A DNA stretch of 47,627 nucleotides from Hyphomicrobiales bacterium (GCA_025356765.1 JANXRO010000205.1:1-47627); one strand, 5' to 3'; positions 32,308-42,444 are shown, counted from the first letter of the stretch. Translations and numbers: made by a program. Notes: generated by a model not told the origin, from the sequence alone.

Positions 32308-35300
32308 ATGTCGATAATAAATGCGCCGGCCAATGGTGGAACCGTCTATGGATCGGTTGCCGCAGACCAGATTATTGGAAGTGCAAAGAATGATATTCTT
32401 TTTGGCCTTGCTGGCGATGATATAATCAATGGTGGCGACGGCGATGATGTGATTTCTGGCGGCAGTGGTGCTGACCATCTTGATGGTGGAACAGGGATAA
32501 ACACAGTAACGTTTGCAGATGCGACAGCTGGTGTAACTTTAGCATTTGCGAATACCGACGTTTATGGAATTGGCGGCCAATTTACAAATCACGCTACGGG
32601 CGGCATCGGAGGTGATGCTGCTGGTGACACATATACCAACTTCCAAATTTTTATCGGCACCAGTTTTGACGACCACGTCTATGGCGCAGACACGCCAATG
32701 ACGTATTATCTTGGCGCAGGCAATGATGTGTTTGATAACAGCTATTATTCAGTGACTGTTGACACGATTTACGCTGGCGCTGGCAATGATGTGGTTTGGA
32801 GTGGTGCTGGAAATGACTATCTGGACGGGGGCACTGGCAATGACCAACTTTTTGGCGAATTGGGTGATGACACTTTAGTCGGTGGCCAAGGTGCAGACAA
32901 TTTGGATGGTGGCGAAGGCATTGATACAGCCGATTATTCTGCTTCAAATGCCGCTGTAAATGTTAGTCTTTCCACGGGCCAAGGCCATGGCGGAGATGCT
33001 GAGGGTGATACTCTCGTTTCAATCGAAAACTTAACCGGATCAGCCTTCAACGACATTTTGACTGGCGATGCTGGCAACAACGTGATTGTTGGCGGCGCAG
33101 GCGATGATGTTATTTCCGGCGGTGCAGGTGCAGATAAGCTCGATGGCGGCGCTGGCGTTGATACAGTTACATTTGCCAATGCAAAAGCAGGCGTTACTTT
33201 GGCTTTCACTGCCATGGATGAACATGGCATTGGTGATGAATTTGCCAACCACGCCGCTGGCGGCATTGCAGGTGATGCGACTGGCGATACATATGCCAAT
33301 TTTGAGGTGTTCATCGGCTCTGCATTTGACGACAAGGTTGGCGGTGCAGCTACAGCGATGACTTATCATTTGGGTGCTGGCAACGATGTTTTCGACAATG
33401 TAGAAACGCAAAATGTTGTCGACACGGTTTATGGCGATGAAGGTAATGATACAATCTGGACAGGCGCTGGTAACGACTATCTGAACGGCGGCACAGGCGA
33501 TGACAAGCTGTTTGGTGAAAACGGCAATGACATATTGGTTGGCGGCCAAGGTGCTGATGCACTGAACGGCGGCGACGGTATCGACACCGCGGATTATTCC
33601 GCTTCGGCTGCGGGTGTAAATGTTAGCCTGCTAACAGGCCAAGGCCATGGTGGCGATGCTGAAGGCGACACATTGGTATTGATTGAAAACCTGACAGGTT
33701 CAAACTTTAACGATACTTTGATCGGCGATGCAGGCAACAATGTTCTTATTGCTGGTGCTGGCGATGACGTGCTTGTTGGCGGCGCTGGTGCCGATGTTCT
33801 TAACGGCGGCGATGGCATTGACACAGCTGATTATTCAACGTCTTCGGCTGCAGTGAATGTCAATCTGGAAACAGGCGTGGCCCACGGTGGTGATGCTGAA
33901 GGCGACACACTAATCAGCATTGAAAATCTTGTTGGTTCAAAATTTGATGACGTGTTGGTCGGCGATGCCAACGTGAATAAAATTTACGGCGGTGATGGCA
34001 ATGATACAATCACTGGCGGCCATAATGATGATTTCATGTATGGCGGAAATGGCAATGACACCTTCTTGGTGGAATGGTCTTATCATGGCGACACATATGA
34101 TGGTGGTGATGGCATTGACACGTTTAATGCCGATGTTCCTGTTCTCAACGGCTATAAGCAAGAAATTGATTTGGCCACGGGCACCAACAATTGGGAAGAC
34201 CATTTCATCAGCATTGAAAACCTGGTTGGCAGCGCCAACGACGACAAGTTCTGGGGCACAGATGGTGTTAACGTGTTCTGGGGCCGCAATGGCAATGATT
34301 TGCTTGATGGCCGCGGCGGCGACGATAAGCTTTACGGTGAAAGTGGTGATGATACGCTTTTAGGTGGAGCTGGCAACGATTTGTTGGATGGCGGCACAGG
34401 CAACGACATTCTGGTTGGCGGAATAGGCGCTGATATCTTGATCGGCGGTGCTGGCATTGACGTGGCAGATTATTCGACATCTTCGGCCGCGGTCAATGTG
34501 AACTTGAACACAGGCACAGGCTTCGGCGGCGATGCTGAGGGCGATACACTTTCGCAGATTGAAAATCTTATCGGTTCAAAATTCAATGACACTTTGACAG
34601 GCGATGCAGGCAACAACACGATTGATGGTGGTGCTGGCAATGATGTGATTGTGGGCAGTAAAGGCAACGATACGTTGATTGGTGGTGCTGGCAACGACAC
34701 TGTTGATTATTCAGCAAGCTCTGCTTGCATGACGGTTAATTTGGGGCTTGGAACTGCAACTGGTTGTGGTGGCAAGGCAGACACGCTGCAATCTATCGAA
34801 AATGTTGTGGGCTCAATTTATGCCGACTTTATCACTGGTGATGCAGCAGCAAATAATTTGTTCGGTGGCGCAGGCAACGACCATTTTTACGGATCTGGCG
34901 GTGGTGATCATTATGACGGTGGCGCTGGTTCAGATTGGATCGACTATCGTTCATCACTCGTTGCTGTAAACGTAAACCTTATGACGGGAATTGGCCAAGG
35001 TGGCCTGGCCCAGGGTGATACCTATACCAGCATCGAAAATATCAAAGGTTCGGCTGGCGATGATACGCTTATTGGCGATAACAATGCCAACGTGATTTAT
35101 GGTTATGCTGGCAAAGATCACATCGAAGGCGGCGGCGGCAATGATGTGATTTATTCTGGCGGTGGCGGCGACTATATTGATGGCGGGGCTGGCATTGACA
35201 CATTGAGCTATTCAGATTCTTGGAGCAAGGTTGTGGTCAACCTCACTACCGGCATTGGCCAAGGCGGAGCTGCGGCATTTGACACAATCTTGAATATTGA

Positions 35301-36090
35301 AAACTTGGTTGGTTCTAAATTTGATGACGTGTTGACAGGAGATGCTGGCAACAACACATTGAATGGTGGTGCTGGCAAAGACATATTGCACGGTGGTGCA
35401 GGCGCTGATTTGCTGATCGGTGGATCAGGTGCCGACGTGCTTGATGGTGGCGATGGTGTTGATACGGCAAGTTATTCCAACGCACACACAGGCGTTACTT
35501 TAAGCCTGCTGACGGGTGGAACCATAAATGCTGATGCCAGCCAAAATGGCATTCAACCTGTGGTCAGCACAATATGTTGCCCCGATGACTTGCTTGCAAA
35601 TGGCGATGGCGCAGCACCAGTTGATGGAAGCTATACAGCTGTCAACGGTGTAACTGATGCGACTGGAGATACCTACATTGGCATTGAGAACGTGCTGGGT
35701 TCAGCCTTCAATGACAAAATTACTGGCGATGCTGGCGACAACCGCTTAAACGGTGGTGCAGGCAATGACATTCTCAATGGCGGCGGCGGCAATGACATGT
35801 TGATCGGTGGCATTGGCAATGACTTGCTGACAGGCGGAGCAGGCGCTGACGTGTTTCAATTCAGCGCTGATTTTGGCAATGACACAATTACAGATTTTTG
35901 GTTTGGCCTTGGTCGCACTGATCGTGTGCAATTGATTGGCACAGATATTCATAGCTGGGCTGATGTTTTGTCTCATATCAACGATACTGCCAACGGTTTG
36001 GTATTAAGCGTTGATGCGGGGCATGACTCGATCACTTTTGCCGGCTTGCATCTTAACCAACTGGTTGCTGACGACTTCTTGTTTGCCTAA
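32308..36090 (+). CDS. Large RTX-type calcium-binding repeat protein (likely T1SS-secreted)
   Basis: Dozens of GGxGxDxLx nonamers plus GDAEGDTLxxIENLxGS units; C-terminal GNDTITDF..LVADDFLFA; no Sec signal. Confidence 0.9.
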   Translation: MSIINAPANGGTVYGSVAADQIIGSAKNDILFGLAGDDIINGGDGDDVISGGSGADHLDGGTGINTVTFADATAGVTLAFANTDVYGIGGQFTNHATGGIGGDAAGDTYTNFQIFIGTSFDDHVYGADTPMTYYLGAGNDVFDNSYYSVTVDTIYAGAGNDVVWSGAGNDYLDGGTGNDQLFGELGDDTLVGGQGADNLDGGEGIDTADYSASNAAVNVSLSTGQGHGGDAEGDTLVSIENLTGSAFNDILTGDAGNNVIVGGAGDDVISGGAGADKLDGGAGVDTVTFANAKAGVTLAFTAMDEHGIGDEFANHAAGGIAGDATGDTYANFEVFIGSAFDDKVGGAATAMTYHLGAGNDVFDNVETQNVVDTVYGDEGNDTIWTGAGNDYLNGGTGDDKLFGENGNDILVGGQGADALNGGDGIDTADYSASAAGVNVSLLTGQGHGGDAEGDTLVLIENLTGSNFNDTLIGDAGNNVLIAGAGDDVLVGGAGADVLNGGDGIDTADYSTSSAAVNVNLETGVAHGGDAEGDTLISIENLVGSKFDDVLVGDANVNKIYGGDGNDTITGGHNDDFMYGGNGNDTFLVEWSYHGDTYDGGDGIDTFNADVPVLNGYKQEIDLATGTNNWEDHFISIENLVGSANDDKFWGTDGVNVFWGRNGNDLLDGRGGDDKLYGESGDDTLLGGAGNDLLDGGTGNDILVGGIGADILIGGAGIDVADYSTSSAAVNVNLNTGTGFGGDAEGDTLSQIENLIGSKFNDTLTGDAGNNTIDGGAGNDVIVGSKGNDTLIGGAGNDTVDYSASSACMTVNLGLGTATGCGGKADTLQSIENVVGSIYADFITGDAAANNLFGGAGNDHFYGSGGGDHYDGGAGSDWIDYRSSLVAVNVNLMTGIGQGGLAQGDTYTSIENIKGSAGDDTLIGDNNANVIYGYAGKDHIEGGGGNDVIYSGGGGDYIDGGAGIDTLSYSDSWSKVVVNLTTGIGQGGAAAFDTILNIENLVGSKFDDVLTGDAGNNTLNGGAGKDILHGGAGADLLIGGSGADVLDGGDGVDTASYSNAHTGVTLSLLTGGTINADASQNGIQPVVSTICCPDDLLANGDGAAPVDGSYTAVNGVTDATGDTYIGIENVLGSAFNDKITGDAGDNRLNGGAGNDILNGGGGNDMLIGGIGNDLLTGGAGADVFQFSADFGNDTITDFWFGLGRTDRVQLIGTDIHSWADVLSHINDTANGLVLSVDAGHDSITFAGLHLNQLVADDFLFA
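32440..33759 (+). repeat. Two diverged 660-bp (220-aa) modules inside the RTX gene
   Basis: GDDVISGG..GVTLAF..NHAxGGI..MTYxLGAGNDVFDN.. begins at 32440 and again at 33100. Confidence 0.85.
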
Positions 36091-36092
36091 TT

Positions 36093-36731
36093 TTAGTTGG
36101 ATTTTGTGCTGACCAACATTGGCTGGCGGGCAGGTTGAAGGCTTTCCCAAGCGGTTGCCGAATATTGCGATTGGCGCTTGAGAAATGTGTAGCCAGTGTT
36201 GTCCCACCGCAAAATCTCGTTGCGGCGATTGTCGAGAATGTAGTCACCTTTATCAGTGACCACAGTCAGCACGGCGTGGCCTTCTCCGGCTTCGTCTAAC
36301 ACAACGGTGATCAACAAAACGTCAGGGCTAAATCCCATGCCAACCAGATAGCGTTTTTTGAGCAACACAAAATCTTCGCAATCGCCAGCATTGGTCGGAT
36401 AAGTCCAGAAGTCGGCAGTTCCATAAAGTTCCATGTCTGACACCGGGCGAATTTTTGTCTGCACATATGTGTTCACTTGCGCAATCATGGTCCACTTTTC
36501 CGTGGTAAGGTTCAGTTTTTCCTTTGAACCGTTGGCAAAGCGACATTCATCTTGGCCGCGGCCACAAAACTTAACATAACCAACCGGTGGAAGAGTTTTG
36601 CCAAAAACGTCTGCACTGGCTTGGTTGTGGGTTGGTAAAGCGAATTTGCCAGACTGTTCAGCCTCAGCAAATTTGCTGAACGCTAAAACCATCCAAATCA
36701 CACTCAGAAACGCAACACACCGGTACAACAT
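36093..36731 (-). CDS. Bacterial transglutaminase-like cysteine peptidase (BTLCP, C93/LapG family)
   Basis: Signal peptide; GDCEDF, GHAVL, ILDN catalytic triad. Confidence 0.92.
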   Translation of the reverse strand: MLYRCVAFLSVIWMVLAFSKFAEAEQSGKFALPTHNQASADVFGKTLPPVGYVKFCGRGQDECRFANGSKEKLNLTTEKWTMIAQVNTYVQTKIRPVSDMELYGTADFWTYPTNAGDCEDFVLLKKRYLVGMGFSPDVLLITVVLDEAGEGHAVLTVVTDKGDYILDNRRNEILRWDNTGYTFLKRQSQYSATAWESLQPARQPMLVSTKSN

Positions 36732-36775
36732 AGTTAAAAAAATTAACCAATGATTGTGGCGGAGTCTACGATAGA

Positions 36776-36792
36776 GTTAATAGTTGGTTAAC
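36776..36792. promoter_or_regulatory. Perfect CtrA box
   Basis: GTTAA-tagttgg-TTAAC matches TTAA-N7-TTAAC on both strands; 45 bp upstream of BTLCP; GAGTC at 36762. Confidence 0.75.
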
Positions 36793-36810
36793 GGCGGCGG
36801 GCCGACGTTT

Positions 36811-37995
36811 TTATTGCAGGGCCTTGTCTGTCAATGTTTTGAGAAACGCGACAATTGAACTTATTTCAGCCTCTGTTAAGCGCGGCTGTTCACCTGGTTT
36901 GCGATCATAGGGAACTTCACTGGTGTTAACGTTGGCTTGCGCCGCAAGTTTTGTGTCATCAAATTTTTGTATTTTGCCGTCGGACAGTTTTGGATACCAC
37001 TGCTCTGGATTTGTATCGCGCCTGACATAGAAGGCAACCGCGTCTTTCAGGTCATTGAATTTGCCATTATGAAAATATGGCGCGGTTAATTCAATGTTGC
37101 GCAGTGTTGGAACTTTGAAAGCGCCGCAGAATGACGCAAGATCAGCGCCAGCGGGCAACAGGGTTTGCAAGCCTTCACGTTGGCACAGGCCCTCATCAAA
37201 AATAGCAGAATTTGCATTTGCTGGAATTTCAGAATTCCGGGGAACTCCCAAATTGTCGTAGGTGAAATCGGTGAACAGCCAATCTTTTGGATTTTGCGAC
37301 TTAACATCTCCAACATGACAGCTGATGCAATTTCCTTTTTGTGGGTCTTTGAAAAGCTCAAAGCCAGCCGTCTCTTGGGCTGTGAGTTGGGCTTTGCCTT
37401 GCAAATAATTATCGAACTTTGATGTGAAAGGAGCAAATGTTTCGCTGCTTTCAAATGCTGCAATGGCTGTTCCAATATTGCTCATAACGAGTGTTGCATC
37501 GCCGCCCGCGGCTTTTCCAAAAACAGATTCATATTGGGAAAAGTTTGGGCCGCTGCGCAATTTGGTGGCAATCATTTCCATGCCTGTGTTGTTCATTTCC
37601 AGGGGATTGAGTAAGGGGCCGTGAACTTGATCTGCCAGAGTGTTGGCGCGTCCGTCCCAAAAAAGGCCACCTGTTGGCGTATATTCCATCTCACCCTTTT
37701 CGTTTTTCGCGGCGGCAATCGAAAATGGTGGGCTGAATGCCATATACATAATTGTGGGCACGTTGCGGTTACCATGTTTGTCGGCCGTGCTGCCTTGCGC
37801 AACTGCTGTAACCGCAGAGCCAGAATTGCCTGTGAAGGCCAAAGTGGCTGAATGGCAAGACGCGCAAGATTGGCCGGGCGGATTTGAAAGCGATGAATCG
37901 TTGAACAAATCTTTGCCAAGCTGTTGAAGCGCAGTCAGCGGTTCTGCCGAACAGGATGTTGCGAAACAAAAAATTGCAAATGAAGCAATTTGCAT
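36811..37995 (-). CDS. Di-heme cytochrome c peroxidase / MauG superfamily protein
   Basis: CASCH and CISCH; FWDGRA; FKVPTLRN..PYFHNG; signal peptide from ATG 37995. Confidence 0.9.
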   Translation of the reverse strand: MQIASFAIFCFATSCSAEPLTALQQLGKDLFNDSSLSNPPGQSCASCHSATLAFTGNSGSAVTAVAQGSTADKHGNRNVPTIMYMAFSPPFSIAAAKNEKGEMEYTPTGGLFWDGRANTLADQVHGPLLNPLEMNNTGMEMIATKLRSGPNFSQYESVFGKAAGGDATLVMSNIGTAIAAFESSETFAPFTSKFDNYLQGKAQLTAQETAGFELFKDPQKGNCISCHVGDVKSQNPKDWLFTDFTYDNLGVPRNSEIPANANSAIFDEGLCQREGLQTLLPAGADLASFCGAFKVPTLRNIELTAPYFHNGKFNDLKDAVAFYVRRDTNPEQWYPKLSDGKIQKFDDTKLAAQANVNTSEVPYDRKPGEQPRLTEAEISSIVAFLKTLTDKALQ

Positions 37996-38027
37996 GCGGA
38001 GTTTGTTTGGGTGGCGCAAAATTATCA

Positions 38028-38068
38028 AAATCCTTATATCCGACTAATTTAGTCGTATATAAGGATTT
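38028..38068. promoter_or_regulatory. 41-bp near-perfect palindrome, IscR/Rrf2-like operator
   Basis: AAATCCTTATATcCGACTAA-t-TTAGTCGtATATAAGGATTT; one mismatched pair. Confidence 0.6.
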
Positions 38069-38087
38069 CGAATTGGTCAAGCCTTTT

Positions 38088-38121
38088 AAAATAGAAAAGT
38101 CCGGTGTTTCCACCGGACTTT
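38088..38121 (-). terminator. Intrinsic terminator downstream of ctrA
   Basis: AAAGTCCGGTG-tttc-CACCGGACTTT stem with T-rich tail on the minus strand. Confidence 0.8.
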
Positions 38122-38187
38122 AAATCTCGAGCACGATCAACTTCATTTTTGATGTGGAGTGATCGTGCAGGGTGACCTGCAATTCTA

Positions 38188-38910
38188 TCAGGCGATCTTC
38201 AGCATCTCTTCTTCGTCCATTCCGCCCATGGAAGGTGCGCCTTCGCGCAGCACATAACCACGACCCCAAACGGTTTCGATGAAATTTTTGCCTTCTGCAG
38301 CATTGGCCAATTTCTTGCGCAGCTTACAGATAAACACGTCAATGATTTTCAACTCAGGCTCATCCATGCCGCCGTAAAGATGGTTGAGGAACATTTCTTT
38401 TGTGAGCGTTGTGCCTTTGCGTAAGGACAATAGTTCCAGCATTTGATATTCTTTGCCGGTGAGATGAACACGTTGGCCGCCCACTTCCACGGTTTTTGTA
38501 TCAAGATTGACCAGCAATTCGCCGGTGAGAATAACCGATTGAGCGTGGCCCTTGGAACGACGAACCACTGCGTGAATGCGTGCAACAAGCTCATCCTTGT
38601 GGAAGGGTTTGGTCATATAATCATCGGCACCAAAGCCCAGGCCCTTCACTTTGTCTTCAATACCAGCAAGGCCTGAAAGAATAAGGATTGGGGTGCCCAC
38701 TTTGGACACGCGCAAGGATTTCAACACTTCATAACCAGACATATCTGGCAAGTTGAGATCGAGCAGAATGATGTCGTAATCATAGAGCTTGCCCAAATCC
38801 ACGCCTTCTTCGCCAAGGTCCGTGGTGTAAACGTTGAAGCCTTCTGACTTCAGCATCAGCTCTATGCTTTGTGCTGTCGCCGTATCGTCTTCAATCAACA
38901 ATACCCGCAT
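38188..38910 (-). CDS. ctrA: Cell-cycle master regulator CtrA
   Basis: [38 protein letters not shown]; [25 protein letters not shown]. Confidence 0.98.
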   Translation of the reverse strand: MRVLLIEDDTATAQSIELMLKSEGFNVYTTDLGEEGVDLGKLYDYDIILLDLNLPDMSGYEVLKSLRVSKVGTPILILSGLAGIEDKVKGLGFGADDYMTKPFHKDELVARIHAVVRRSKGHAQSVILTGELLVNLDTKTVEVGGQRVHLTGKEYQMLELLSLRKGTTLTKEMFLNHLYGGMDEPELKIIDVFICKLRKKLANAAEGKNFIETVWGRGYVLREGAPSMGGMDEEEMLKIA

Positions 38911-39308
38911 CTTAATCCCCTTCATCTTTCGATTCCGATCAATGCGGAATCTTTCATTCACTTCGCAGCTGAACAGACTACGAAAAATTAACCCTGATCA
39001 TTAAGATACGCTTAGAAAGGTTAACAAAACCTAAGCTGAAAACACACATTTTTAATAAGTACACCACTACCTATGGTAGGTTTTCAGAAAATACCGCTAT
39101 ATCTTGTGGTTGGTTGCTTTAACGATTTGAACTTAAACAAAACACCGACAAACAAGAGCAAGTTTACTTGGTCTTAAACCCGTTCGTTCATCATGCAGAG
39201 CAAGCGAACGATTTCCAACACCTAGTTGATTCGGGGAATCGTGAACAGAGTCGTTAATTGAGTAAGGGCGAATGTTTCGCCAAGTAAGTAGCGTTGAGTG
39301 AGGTTATG

Positions 39309-39704
39309 ATGCGTTCAAGAGAAAGTCTTTTAAGGCTGAACCGTTTTCGGGTTGAAGATTGTCGCCGACAAGTTGCCGATATGGATTTGATGATTCAAGA
39401 TTTGATGCGAAAGCATGATGATCTTGATAACCATGTGAAGTTCGAAGAACAACGAACTGGCGTTACTGATCCCAACAATGTGAACTATTCCATGGCCGCC
39501 AAATCTGTTCGCACGCGCCGTGATAATATTTTAAAAACCGTTGGTGAATTGCGCGATCAACATGAAGCGATGATTGAACGCCTGAAAGATGCTGAAGCCG
39601 ATTTGCGCAAAATTGAAATGTTGGTGGAAAAAGAAACACCAGCCGTAAAATCGCCGATTGTTGCCGCACCCGCTATGATGGCTGGTGTTGTGATGGCACG
39701 CTAG
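39309..39704 (+). CDS. FliJ-like coiled-coil protein divergent from ctrA
   Basis: MRSRESLLRLNRFRVE..RRQVA..AAK..RRDN resembles the FliJ-annotated gene next to ctrA in Rhizobiales; GAGG RBS. Confidence 0.75.
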   Translation: MRSRESLLRLNRFRVEDCRRQVADMDLMIQDLMRKHDDLDNHVKFEEQRTGVTDPNNVNYSMAAKSVRTRRDNILKTVGELRDQHEAMIERLKDAEADLRKIEMLVEKETPAVKSPIVAAPAMMAGVVMAR

Positions 39705-39731
39705 TTGCCCACACGAGATTGAATTCAAGGC

Positions 39732-40451
39732 TCACGCTTTTGGTGCGTGGGCCTTTAGTTTTTCGTAGTAGGGCAGGGCCTGGTCGGCAATCTTTTGCAA
39801 GGCAATTGGCAATTCTATTTTTTTTGAAATGGGCGCATCAAACTGCATTGAGCCCCACGCGGCATTATACCAATGCGTTGCCCAAATGCCGTCAAAGGGT
39901 TTTGGGCCTTTAGGCCAGCTTAACATCGTATCTTGAAAAGATATGCCCAAAGCATGGCACAGATGTTCAAAACTTTTGCGTGGGTTTGCAAGATGAAAAT
40001 CTGCGTCAACAACTGGCGGCGCAGAGCCTAAGTGATTTGCGACCAGATCGAATATTTCTGCCTGCTCTAAAAATCCAATCGCGTGCAATGAAACTTCATC
40101 GTGTTTTTTAGCATAGCTGGCCAGAACTTTCTCAGGTGAACGAATGAGAAAAGCGTTTTGAAGTTTTAAAATAAATCCGCGATCAAACTGTGGCAGCATG
40201 TGATGGGTCATGTGCTTTTGATAGAAAATGGGTTTGGCAGCAGGTGCTGTGCAGATGGTTTCAACCTTGTGCCAATCACATTCCATGGCGCCTAATATTT
40301 CTTCGCGCATGGGGTGGGCAAGGCCTGTGGTTTTTAAATATGCGCCGTAAAACGGTTCGTCCCATGCCACGCAATCGGAACGATTCCCAAAAGCATACAT
40401 CATGGCCGTGGAGATGTTGCGGGGGCCAGACCACATGGCAATGTTTGTCAT
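39732..40451 (-). CDS. Sulfotransferase-like P-loop protein (BCAT-associated family)
   Basis: IAMWSGPRNISTAMMY, DEPFY, YQKHMTHH, DGIWATHWY. Confidence 0.8.
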   Translation of the reverse strand: MTNIAMWSGPRNISTAMMYAFGNRSDCVAWDEPFYGAYLKTTGLAHPMREEILGAMECDWHKVETICTAPAAKPIFYQKHMTHHMLPQFDRGFILKLQNAFLIRSPEKVLASYAKKHDEVSLHAIGFLEQAEIFDLVANHLGSAPPVVDADFHLANPRKSFEHLCHALGISFQDTMLSWPKGPKPFDGIWATHWYNAAWGSMQFDAPISKKIELPIALQKIADQALPYYEKLKAHAPKA

Positions 40452-41398
40452 AGACTGCGTGTCGCCTCTGCTTTTGCCAATTTTTTATAAGCCTCGCTCA
40501 AGCGCATCGTGATTGGCCCGGCCCCGACCCATTCCTCAGTTGACATGGGGTGCCGCACGGGTCTGCCATCAATGATGCGCACCGGCGTTGCGCCTGCAAA
40601 AGTGCCAGTTACAAAGGCTTCATCTGCGCCGTAAACATCATAAAGCGAGAACTGCCTTTCGAAAACGGGAATTGAAAGCTCTGTACACAGACGAATTATC
40701 ACGCTGCGGGTAATGCCCGGAATGCAATATTGCCCGCTTGATGTCCAGACTTGGCCGCGCCGAACAATAAAGAAATGTGTTGAATTACACGTCGCCACAA
40801 AGCCCAGCGGGTCTAACATCAGGGCTTCATCAGCACCTGCATTTGCAGCCTGAATACAAGCGGTTATGCAGTTTAGTTTAGAATGTGAATTAAGTTTTTG
40901 ATCTTGCACATCTGGCGCACCTCGGCGGACGTTCACCGTGTGCAAACTAAGCCCGCGAGTCATTTGATCAGCGCTTGGTTGTTTATATTCAGGAATAATC
41001 ACAATTGTTGCTGGCGAGATCGTTACACGTGGATCTTGATAGGGCGTTGATTTTACACCGCGCGTTACCATCAGCCTAATGTGCACGCCATCATGCATGG
41101 CATTTGCATCAATGCAATCAAACAGGCGCTTCACCAATTCATTTGGTGTGAGGCCAATATCCATGAAGATTGCTTTGGCACCTTCATAAAGCCTTTCGAT
41201 GTGTTGATACAAAAACGGCACACCGCCGTTCACCAAACGCAACCCTTCCCACACGCCATCACCTAAAATGAAGCCTGAATCAAAAACCGAAACCATGGCT
41301 TTTTCGCGCGGCAAATTTTTGCCATTGACCGAAATCAAAATCGACGCGTTGCGTGGGTTTTGGGAAATATCGTGAAGCGATTGTGAAGTGTTTTGCAT
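40448..41398 (-). CDS. Class IV PLP aminotransferase (BCAT/D-amino acid aminotransferase-like)
   Basis: SVFDSGFILGDGVWEG, NSHSKLN, PGITR, ADEAFVTGT. Confidence 0.9.
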   Translation of the reverse strand: MQNTSQSLHDISQNPRNASILISVNGKNLPREKAMVSVFDSGFILGDGVWEGLRLVNGGVPFLYQHIERLYEGAKAIFMDIGLTPNELVKRLFDCIDANAMHDGVHIRLMVTRGVKSTPYQDPRVTISPATIVIIPEYKQPSADQMTRGLSLHTVNVRRGAPDVQDQKLNSHSKLNCITACIQAANAGADEALMLDPLGFVATCNSTHFFIVRRGQVWTSSGQYCIPGITRSVIIRLCTELSIPVFERQFSLYDVYGADEAFVTGTFAGATPVRIIDGRPVRHPMSTEEWVGAGPITMRLSEAYKKLAKAEATRSL

Positions 41399-41477
41399 GG
41401 CCCTTTATGCGATGACAAAAGAAAAGATGAAAGGGGCATTGTGTCTGAGTTCAGTACTCGATATTCTTCATTAGGTA

Positions 41478-41626
41478 AGGTGCCGGTGAGAGCTGGAGAA
41501 TCGGGAATGCGATGAAAAATCGCAACGTGCCCAACGCTGTAAGGTGGACGATGCAACGATTGCCACTTGCCAATATCGGCAGGGAAGGTGTTGCAAAGGT
41601 TGAAGCCGAAGTCAGAAGACCGGCCT
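41478..41626 (+). ncRNA. Cobalamin riboswitch
   Basis: AGGTG..CGGGAATGCGATGAAAAATCGCAACGTGCCCAACGCTGTAA..GCCACT..GGGAAGGT..AAGTCAGAAGACCGGCCT B12-box pattern directly upstream of bluB. Confidence 0.9.
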
Positions 41627-41668
41627 TGCATCATAGTTTTTGCGCGTGGAAGCGCTGAAGCGTTGTGA

Positions 41669-42382
<714 letters not shown>

Positions 42383-42396
42383 TTGAGATCCAAAAC

Positions 42397-42426
42397 AAAA
42401 AACGCGAAGCTTTCGCATCGCGTTTT
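42397..42426. terminator. Bidirectional terminator between bluB and sciP
   Basis: AAAACGCGA-agctttcgca-TCGCGTTTT hairpin. Confidence 0.65.
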
Positions 42427-42444
42427 CTGAATATCAAAACTTGA

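Noticed and set aside
32308-36090. Repeats as CRISPR array or mobile element
   Set aside because: They are in-frame, degenerate protein-level RTX repeats with no constant repeat-spacer structure
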